In this document: positions 15,916 through 22,021 of the stretch, in pieces
How the letters are laid out: every line of letters starts with the position of its first letter
Position numbering within the stretch: position 1 is the first letter of the stretch
Source of the DNA: Nanobdellota archaeon
Lineage (GTDB): Archaea; Nanobdellota; Nanobdellia; Woesearchaeales; JACPBV01
Assembly: GCA_027623355.1 (NCBI GenBank)
Contig: JAQBWB010000002.1
Span: 1-35,293 of the forward strand
Direction: 5' to 3'
Length of the DNA: 35,293 nucleotides
Notes under the pieces: generated by a model
The model's database searches: none
Told to the model about the DNA's origin: nothing
Seen by the model: only the letters and a program-made list of their open reading frames with translations
Translations under genes and position numbers: made by a program

Positions 15916-16855
15916 TCTCCTCTCGTAACTGATCTAAACTACAAGATGATGTACCAATCTTACCAACAACAATTCCTGCAGCATGATTAGCGAGCAAAGC
16001 AGCCGAATTCAAATCAGCTCCCGCAGTCAAAGCAAGCGCCAAGGTAGCAACAACCGTATCTCCCGCTCCAGAGACATCATACACCTCTTTAGCCTTCGTA
16101 GGAATTTCAGAGTAATCAGCATTCTTTTGGAACAATCCCATCCCTCGTTCACCCATCGTAATCAAGACATCAGCTCCTAGCTGACCCACTAAAGCATTAC
16201 CTATTTTAGCAATCTCATTCTCACCAGCAACCATCTCCTGAGCCTCCTTGATGTTTGGAGTAATCAACCGAGCACCAGCATACCATGCAGAGTGCTTAGG
16301 TTTAGGATCAACAATAATCGGAGCATCAGTAAGCTTATTTATAGAATCAAGAACATTCTTAGTAATAACACCTTTAGCATAATCAGAAATAATAATAGCA
16401 TCAATATCCTTCAATAACGGAGTAATCTTATCCAATAACATTTTTTCAACATCCGCACTCAAATAATCATCCTTCTCATGATCATATCGAATCAACTGTT
16501 GATTCTGGGCCATAATCCGAGTTTTCTTTGTTGTAGGCTTCGAAGCATCCTGAATAATACAATGAGTATCAATCCGTCTTTTCAACATCCCATTAGTAAG
16601 CGAAACACCTGCACCATCATTACCTATAACCCCAGCAACAAATACCTGCCCGCCTAAACTAGCAACATTACTAGCAACATTAGCAGCTCCACCCGGAATA
16701 AAAGCCTCCTTCAAAACTCTAACAACCTGAACAGGAGCCTCCGGACTAACGCGAGTAACATCTCCAAAGAGATAGACATCAAGCATAACATCTCCTACCA
16801 CCAGGATCTTTTTCTGCTTAAATCCCTCCAACAAACCTAACAGTTTATCTTTCAT
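15899..16855 (-). CDS. hldA: D-glycero-beta-D-manno-heptose 7-phosphate kinase (HldE domain I as a stand-alone protein, PfkB family)
   Basis: KILVVGDVMLDVYLFGDVTRVSPEAPVQVV, GGAANVASNVASLGG and VYDVSGAGDTVVATLA match the N-terminal half of HldE. Confidence 0.85.
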   Translation of the reverse strand: MKDKLLGLLEGFKQKKILVVGDVMLDVYLFGDVTRVSPEAPVQVVRVLKEAFIPGGAANVASNVASLGGQVFVAGVIGNDGAGVSLTNGMLKRRIDTHCIIQDASKPTTKKTRIMAQNQQLIRYDHEKDDYLSADVEKMLLDKITPLLKDIDAIIISDYAKGVITKNVLDSINKLTDAPIIVDPKPKHSAWYAGARLITPNIKEAQEMVAGENEIAKIGNALVGQLGADVLITMGERGMGLFQKNADYSEIPTKAKEVYDVSGAGDTVVATLALALTAGADLNSAALLANHAAGIVVGKIGTSSCSLDQLREEIEHAY

Positions 16856-17744
16856 GAGTATCTAACCATGCAAAATAATCTGCAATCGCCTCCTTGAGTT
16901 TCCATTGAGCAGTATATCCTAATGCAGACGTAGCCAAATCAACTGAGGCATGCGTATGCACCTGATACGATGCAGTATACGGGTTAGGAATCCATCTCTC
17001 CGATTTCGAACTACCCAAAACCGATTGTACCATTTGCAATACAGATGCAAACGGCGTTGCAATTCCAGTTCCAACATTATACACTCCAGATGAAGTAGCA
17101 TCTAACGCTTTAACCGTAGCACTAACAACATCCTTAACATAAATATGATCGCGCTTCTGATTCCCGTCTTCAAAAATACCTGGATCCTCACCCGATTGAA
17201 TCTGTTTTCTCCACTGATAAATCATACTCGAGCTAGCTCCTTTGCCAGCCTCTCGCATCCCAAACACATTGAAATAACGCAAGCCAACAACAGTAAGCTG
17301 ACTAAAATGCTCCTTAGCAATAACATCCATCTTCACCTTAGATCGAGAGTAAGCATTCAATGGAGCAACAGATTGACTTTCCTTCATAGGAGTTTCACCA
17401 TTACCATACACTCCAGCAGAGCTAATATACACAAGCTTAGCTTTTTTATCAAGTGCAAGCTTCAACACATTGCGAAACCCAGAAACATTAGCCCTAACCA
17501 TTTCCTCATCATCAGTAAACGTGGTATCCGTAATAGAAGCCTCGTGAATGATAGCATCAAAATCAGAATCTAAAGAAAACGGTTGAGAAACATCAATATC
17601 CAAAATACCGCCATCAAATCCATCTAAATTCTCAACATGACCCGAACTCAAATTATCCAAAACCGTAACATCATGCTTATCCTTCAAAGCATGCACAATA
17701 TTAGAGCCAACAAACCCAGCTCCACCAGTTACTAAAATTTTCAT
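16845..17744 (-). CDS. hldD: ADP-L-glycero-D-manno-heptose 6-epimerase
   Basis: MKILVTGGAGFVGSNIVHAL, VGLRYFNVFGMREAGKGASSSM, FEDGNQKRDHIYVKDV and NVGTG resemble E. coli HldD/RfaD along the whole length. Confidence 0.8.
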   Translation of the reverse strand: MKILVTGGAGFVGSNIVHALKDKHDVTVLDNLSSGHVENLDGFDGGILDIDVSQPFSLDSDFDAIIHEASITDTTFTDDEEMVRANVSGFRNVLKLALDKKAKLVYISSAGVYGNGETPMKESQSVAPLNAYSRSKVKMDVIAKEHFSQLTVVGLRYFNVFGMREAGKGASSSMIYQWRKQIQSGEDPGIFEDGNQKRDHIYVKDVVSATVKALDATSSGVYNVGTGIATPFASVLQMVQSVLGSSKSERWIPNPYTASYQVHTHASVDLATSALGYTAQWKLKEAIADYFAWLDTHER

Positions 17745-18118
17745 TAAACTTCCTCCGGAATCTCTATAGTAGAAAGATCAACAGCACCACTATCCTCACT
17801 TCGATATGAGTCAGAATCTTCGTGATGGGTACTAAATTCAAAAATCTCACTATCCTCCAATCCAGTAAAACGATGGAGTGTATTAGGAGTAATCAATAAG
17901 GACTGACCCGGACGCATAATCTGCCGCTCATCGCCCAATTCCATGAGCACCTTGCCTTTAGTAACGTAAAAAGTCTCATCTTTGTTCTTGTGTTGATGCA
18001 CACTACATCTAAAACCCTTCTTCAATTCCAGAATCTTGCCACAATACTCTTTATTGACAATCCAGACCTCTTTACCCCAAACCTTATCAACTTCTTTGTG
18101 TTTTGTAACAATATCCAT
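17744..18118 (-). CDS. Small cupin, type II phosphomannose-isomerase-like
   Basis: 124 aa. VWGKEVWIVNKEYCGKILELKKGFRCSVHQHKNKDETFYVTKG...LHRF is the PMI-type cupin pattern. Its stop overlaps the hldD ATG as TAATG. Confidence 0.6.
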   Translation of the reverse strand: MDIVTKHKEVDKVWGKEVWIVNKEYCGKILELKKGFRCSVHQHKNKDETFYVTKGKVLMELGDERQIMRPGQSLLITPNTLHRFTGLEDSEIFEFSTHHEDSDSYRSEDSGAVDLSTIEIPEEV

Positions 18119-18131
18119 GGTATCCTCTTGG

Positions 18132-18150
18132 GGTATGAACTATTCATACC
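18132..18150. promoter_or_regulatory. Perfect palindrome GGTATGAA-cta-TTCATACC between TATA box and first gene of the heptose operon (candidate operator)
   Basis: 8-bp arms with a 3-nt spacer, 14 nt upstream of ATG 18118 and 16 nt downstream of the TATA box at 18166-18173. This places it around the expected transcription start. Confidence 0.45.
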
Positions 18151-18165
18151 ATATACACTAGGAAG

Positions 18166-18173
18166 TATATAAA
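18166..18173 (-). promoter_or_regulatory. TATA box for the cupin-hldD-hldA-hldC operon
   Basis: The minus strand reads tttatata. It lies 48 nt upstream of ATG 18118, an unusually long spacing for this window. Confidence 0.4.
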
Positions 18174-18239
18174 GCTTACGCTTTAAACACGTTTTCCTCA
18201 CTAGAAAGAAGATACAAAAGTACTTATACTAGTATACCT

Positions 18240-19001
18240 TTGCATACTTTAGTGAAAAAGACCAAGATAGCAATCTCAGTAAATCCAACACTCCTTGCAC
18301 AGATAGATGCCAAAGTAGATGGCTCAATTATCAGATCCCGTTCTCAAGCCATGGAATACTATCTCCAAAAAGGCCTCCAAGAAAGCTCAATCACAACAGC
18401 AGTCCTATTAATCAGAGGCTCACACCACGATATCTGTCTAAAAACAATAAACAACGCAACATTACTCCAAAAGCAAATTCAATTCTTCGCAAATAGCGGA
18501 ATAAAAAAAGTCCTTATCGTAACCCAACACTCCACACTAACAAATAAACTACTCCTAGAAACAGAAAAAGCACCTATTGAAACCACGATTATCGAAAAAG
18601 AGGCAAAAGGCAACGCCCAAGCACTCCACGCAATAAAAGACCAACTCCCCGACACATTTATAGTAATGTCTGGAGACACCTACAACAAGTTCGACCTCAC
18701 CAAGATGATAAAAAAACATCTAGGCGCAGACAAACTAGCCTCAATGGGATTAATGACAAGATCAATTGCCGCAACCTATGGGAATGCCATCCTTGACGGG
18801 GACTTAATCATAGACTTCCAAGAGAAACCCAAAGCAATCTCCTCAAATATCGTAAATGCAGGAATCTACATCTTCAAAAAGGAAATCTTCGAGCTGTTTG
18901 AAAAATCAAGCTCACTAGAAAAAGACATATTCCCCAAAATAGCAAGAATAAAACAACTACTTGGCTTCTTCACCCACGGTGAGTATGAGCATCTAGAATA
19001 G
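18240..19001 (+). CDS. RHH DNA-binding domain fused to a degenerate sugar-phosphate nucleotidyltransferase-like domain
   Basis: The N-terminus KKTKIAISVNPTLLAQIDAKV...SRSQAMEYYLQKGL is RHH-like. The rest aligns by eye to NTP_transferase (GIKKVLIVTQH, GNAQAL, FIVMSGDTY, FQEKP, VNAGIYIF). The GGxGTRL signature is replaced by LLIRGSHHDI. The start is TTG 18240 or GTG 18252. Confidence 0.55.
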   Translation: MHTLVKKTKIAISVNPTLLAQIDAKVDGSIIRSRSQAMEYYLQKGLQESSITTAVLLIRGSHHDICLKTINNATLLQKQIQFFANSGIKKVLIVTQHSTLTNKLLLETEKAPIETTIIEKEAKGNAQALHAIKDQLPDTFIVMSGDTYNKFDLTKMIKKHLGADKLASMGLMTRSIAATYGNAILDGDLIIDFQEKPKAISSNIVNAGIYIFKKEIFELFEKSSSLEKDIFPKIARIKQLLGFFTHGEYEHLE

Positions 19002-19003
19002 CA

Positions 19004-19071
19004 GCATTGCTGACGCCCATCGAGGTGCATGAGTTTAAAGAACTCATCATCGCACCGTACCTCAGCAATGC
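19004..19071. other. Long imperfect inverted repeat / three-helix hairpin
   Basis: Three arm pairs: gcattgctga (19004-19013) with tcagcaatgc (19062-19071), ggtgc (19024-19028) with gcacc (19052-19056), and atgagtt (19029-19035) with aactcat (19041-19047). It starts 3 nt after the stop codon at 18999-19001. Confidence 0.6.
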
Positions 19072-19083
19072 GCCAGAGGCAAA

Positions 19084-19091
19084 CTATAAAA
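19084..19091 (+). promoter_or_regulatory. TATA box for the AEC transporter gene
   Basis: ctataaaa, about 22 nt upstream of ATG 19114. Confidence 0.4.
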
Positions 19092-19113
19092 ACGCTCTCA
19101 ATCCAAAAAGAAT

Positions 19114-19983
19114 ATGAACGTCATAACTCAAACCCTTCTGCCAACCTTCCTCATCATTCTAGTAGGATATCTCATAGGAAAGAAAAGAAAAGTAGACTTA
19201 GTACCCTTTACCGACCTCATCATATACATCACTGGACCCGCATTAATAATCTTCTCAATAGCAAAATCAACCCTAGACCTAAAAAACGCAGCCAACATAT
19301 CTATTTCCTCATTTTTAGTCATCCTAGGAATGGGAACCATCACCGCAATAATACTAAAACTAACCAAATCAAAAAAGCGTGGACTATACCTTCCAATAAC
19401 CGTAGGCAACACCGGTTTTCTAGGATTACCCCTTGCCTTATTCGCTTTCGGAAACGAAGGGCTAGCACGCGCCATAGTATACGACATCACCAATGCAATA
19501 CTAATCTTCACCGTTGGAATATACCTAATAAGTAATCACTCCGACTTCAAAGAAGTGTTCAAAATTCCATTAATTTACGCAGCAATCCTAGGAGTAATCC
19601 TCAACCTCACAAAAACCACCATCCCCTCAACAATAGCAACCCCTCTAGAGATGATTGGTCTAACAACCATACCGCTAGCCCTAATGATCCTCGGCTACAA
19701 TCTCACAAAAATAAAAATAACCTCCCTAAAAACAACAGTAGGTGCATCTCTACTAAGAATCCTAGGCGGATTCACCCTAGCCTTCATCATCACCTCCTTT
19801 TTAGGCCTACAAGGAATAGACCGCGGCATCGTCCTCATCCTAGCGGCACAACCCTCATCCATGATGTCAATGATTCTCTGCAAAAAATACGATCAAGATG
19901 CCGAGCTAGCAGCCTCAATAGTGTTTGTAAGTACGCTCATAAGCATCATCACAATACCTCTTATTCTCACCTTCGTACAATAA
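19114..19983 (+). CDS. AEC (auxin efflux carrier / Mem_trans) family transporter
   Basis: 289-aa polytopic protein. The N-terminus MNVITQTLLPTFLIILVGYLIGKK and the motif GNTGFLGLPLALFAFG are typical of the AEC family. Confidence 0.7.
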   Translation: MNVITQTLLPTFLIILVGYLIGKKRKVDLVPFTDLIIYITGPALIIFSIAKSTLDLKNAANISISSFLVILGMGTITAIILKLTKSKKRGLYLPITVGNTGFLGLPLALFAFGNEGLARAIVYDITNAILIFTVGIYLISNHSDFKEVFKIPLIYAAILGVILNLTKTTIPSTIATPLEMIGLTTIPLALMILGYNLTKIKITSLKTTVGASLLRILGGFTLAFIITSFLGLQGIDRGIVLILAAQPSSMMSMILCKKYDQDAELAASIVFVSTLISIITIPLILTFVQ

Positions 19984-19989
19984 CCAGGG

Positions 19990-20187
19990 GTATGTGCATA
20001 GCATCATCAAGTCGAAATATTTGAAATACAAAATTAGACTAACCAGAGGGTTGGCTCCTGTTGCGAGAAGCTCGCTTCTTGCTCGCTTCAAACATTGGAG
20101 AATGTCAGCCTCCATAACTATATGTAAGATTTCGAAGATGGTTGCTTTAGCAGCCTACGAACGCTAGTGACTATGCTATGCACATAC
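19990..20187 (+). mobile_element. MITE-like element, copy B (198 bp, variant 5' module)
   Basis: It starts with gtatgtgcatagc and ends with gctatgcacatac. The 3' 60 nt are identical to copy E. The 5' subterminal part (catcatcaagtcgaaat) resembles copy D. The flanks differ, so there is no target-site duplication. Confidence 0.7.
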
Positions 20188-20232
20188 CATTTTTCACAAC
20201 TTATTTAAACCAAATTCAAGTTCTAAAACTTT

Positions 20233-21129
20233 ATGGAAACCACAGATAAGATTTGGATGGATGGAGAGTTAGTAAATTGGCAAGATGCCAAGATTCATGT
20301 TATCAGTCACGCACTCCATTACGGCAGCTCAGTATTCGAAGGAATAAGATGTTATAAAACCGAAAAAGGCACAGCCATTTTTAGACTAAAAGAACATGTA
20401 GAACGTCTCTTCTTATCAGCAGAAACCCTAGCAATGAAGGTACCCTTCTCAAAAGAGCAAATAGAGCAAGCAATCATAGAAACCGTCAAGACAAACAAAC
20501 TAGAAACAGGATACATCCGACCACTAATCTTCTACGGCTATGGCAAAATGGGGCTAGACCCCGTTGGAGCGCCCGTAAATGTAACGATAGCAGTTTGGCC
20601 CTGGGGATCATACCTGGGTGACGAAGCCGTCAAATTAAAAACGGCAGAAACCATCAGACTCCACCCAAAATCATTCAAACCACAAGCAAAAGTAGGCGGA
20701 TTCTATGTTAATTCAATCTATGCCCACCAAGAAGCAAAGAAAGCAGGCTTTAACGAAGCGCTAATGCTTGACCACGAAGGAAACATAGCAGAAGGACCTG
20801 GCGAGAATATTTTCATGATGAAAGACGGAAAAATAATAACTGCAAAAGCAGGATCCATCCTACCTGGAATAACAAGAGACACAATCCTAACAATAGCAAA
20901 AGACAACAACATCGAAATAGAAGAACGCACCGTAACACCAGAAGAACTAAAACAGGCAGACGAAGTATTCATGGTGGGTACCGCAGCCGAGGTAACATTA
21001 GTAGACCAAATAGATGATACTGAAATAAAAAACAACCATACAGAAGAAAAAGCGAAATTCTTCAGAACCACCTACCTTGATATTGTACAAGGAAAGCAAG
21101 ATAAGTACAAAGACTGGCTCACATTCTAA
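20233..21129 (+). CDS. ilvE: Branched-chain amino acid aminotransferase (class IV PLP)
   Basis: HYGSSVFEGIRCY..GTAIFRLKEHVERL, YIRPLIFYG and EGPGENIF match the IlvE pattern. 298 aa. Confidence 0.85.
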   Translation: METTDKIWMDGELVNWQDAKIHVISHALHYGSSVFEGIRCYKTEKGTAIFRLKEHVERLFLSAETLAMKVPFSKEQIEQAIIETVKTNKLETGYIRPLIFYGYGKMGLDPVGAPVNVTIAVWPWGSYLGDEAVKLKTAETIRLHPKSFKPQAKVGGFYVNSIYAHQEAKKAGFNEALMLDHEGNIAEGPGENIFMMKDGKIITAKAGSILPGITRDTILTIAKDNNIEIEERTVTPEELKQADEVFMVGTAAEVTLVDQIDDTEIKNNHTEEKAKFFRTTYLDIVQGKQDKYKDWLTF

Positions 21130-21167
21130 CCAATATATTTAAGTACTCTTTTACCTAAATTATTCAT

Positions 21168-21536
21168 ATGAACAAAGCACTTCTAGTTTTGAACCTAGTA
21201 GCAGCTCTAGTAACAATCAATATTCTCATAGCAGAACCCTCTGTAATCGGACATGCCGTAGCAGAAGATGATGTATTCACGGTAAGCAAACCCGTAAAGA
21301 TTGCAGTAGTAGTAATCATTCTAACGCTGATAGCAGATGTAGCCGTCTATGTTGCAGAACTAAAGAAAAAAGAACTCAAGGAATTAGGTTCCTCAATTAA
21401 AAATAAAGTAGAAAAGAATGTAAAAATAAACTTCAAAAGCGAGAAATCAAAGAAACCGGAAAAAATACTCCGTTTACAAACCAAAAAGAAAAAAGCAAAG
21501 AAGAAAATAATGCCTAAAAAATCAACAAAAAAATAA
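21168..21536 (+). CDS. Small membrane protein with lysine-rich C-terminal tail (hypothetical)
   Basis: 122 aa with two hydrophobic segments, followed by KKKELKELGSSIKNK...KKKKAKKKIMPKKSTKK. No family recognised. Confidence 0.4.
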   Translation: MNKALLVLNLVAALVTINILIAEPSVIGHAVAEDDVFTVSKPVKIAVVVIILTLIADVAVYVAELKKKELKELGSSIKNKVEKNVKINFKSEKSKKPEKILRLQTKKKKAKKKIMPKKSTKK

Positions 21537-21540
21537 AGCC

Positions 21541-21550
21541 AAAAAAGAAA
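21541..21550 (-). terminator. Oligo-T tract after the SRP RNA
   Basis: The minus strand reads tttctttttt immediately after the 3' closing helix of the RNA. Oligo-T termination is the archaeal type. Confidence 0.5.
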
Positions 21551-21826
21551 GTGGGAAGGCGCACCAAAAAATGAGCACAAACCTACACAGTTGGCTAACC
21601 TCAAAAGTTCCTCGACTCCGCTACCCGCAGGACATCAACACAATAATTTAAGGCTGCTTCATTCCTGATCTCACCTGGTTCACTAAAGCATTAATCCCTA
21701 TGGACAGAGTTTCAACGTTACAGTTGAGACCACCTGCATAAGCAATGCCGCTTCTCCGGCTTCGACTCCCCTAAAGCGCGTTCAAGGTAACAGAAGAGCG
21801 CTACACTTCCAGCCTAGCCTTCCCAT
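21551..21826 (-). ncRNA. Signal recognition particle RNA (7S / long archaeal-type SRP RNA)
   Basis: The minus strand contains CCAGGUGAGAUCAGGAAUGAAGCAGCC, which matches the helix 8 motif (E. coli 4.5S CCAGGUCAGGUCCGGAAGGAAGCAGCC) and has a GGAA tetraloop. The 5' GGGAAGGC pairs with the 3' GCCUUCCC. GCUAGGCUGG is Alu-domain-like. Length is about 276 nt, with no coding potential. Confidence 0.85.
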
Positions 21827-21846
21827 GAACCAAAAACCAACCTTCT

Positions 21847-21854
21847 TTTTTAAA
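21847..21854 (-). promoter_or_regulatory. TATA box for the SRP RNA
   Basis: The minus strand reads tttaaaaa, ending about 21 nt upstream of the predicted RNA 5' end. Confidence 0.5.
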
Positions 21855-21868
21855 GCTTTATGATTAAA

Positions 21869-22002
21869 GTATGTGCATAGCATCCTAAGGTCGAAATTCT
21901 TTCACCTTTCACAAGCAGGTGCGTTGCGAGGGGTCGACCCCTCCGGGGACGCAGCACCTTCAAGGAATAATCTCAGGAATTTCGAAGAGGCTATGCACAT
22001 AC
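21869..22002 (+). mobile_element. MITE-like element, copy C (134 bp, shortest complete copy) with 8-bp target-site duplication
   Basis: The perfect 13-bp terminal inverted repeats are gtatgtgcatagc and gctatgcacatac. The subterminal stem is tcgaaattc with gaatttcga. The internal palindrome is gaggggtcgacccctc. tgattaaa flanks it at 21861-21868 and 22003-22010. Confidence 0.8.
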
Positions 22003-22021
22003 TGATTAAAGCAACTTGTAA

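Noticed and set aside
19029-19535. 168-aa ORF overlapping the AEC transporter gene in another frame
   Set aside because: It is highly basic and low-complexity (rich in R, H, N, S), with no motif. The overlapping frame encodes a convincing polytopic transporter.
19990-20187. tRNA or other classical small RNA hidden in MITE cores or other intergenic regions
   Set aside because: I found no cloverleaf with T-loop (GTTCGAAT-like) and D-loop motifs in any intergenic stretch. The only classical RNA gene I can support is the SRP RNA.
21347-21604. 85-aa minus-strand ORF overlapping the lysine-rich protein gene and the SRP RNA 3' end
   Set aside because: It is a poly-Phe/Leu translation of the antisense of a lysine-rich tail. 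The region is better explained by the + strand CDS and the SRP RNA.
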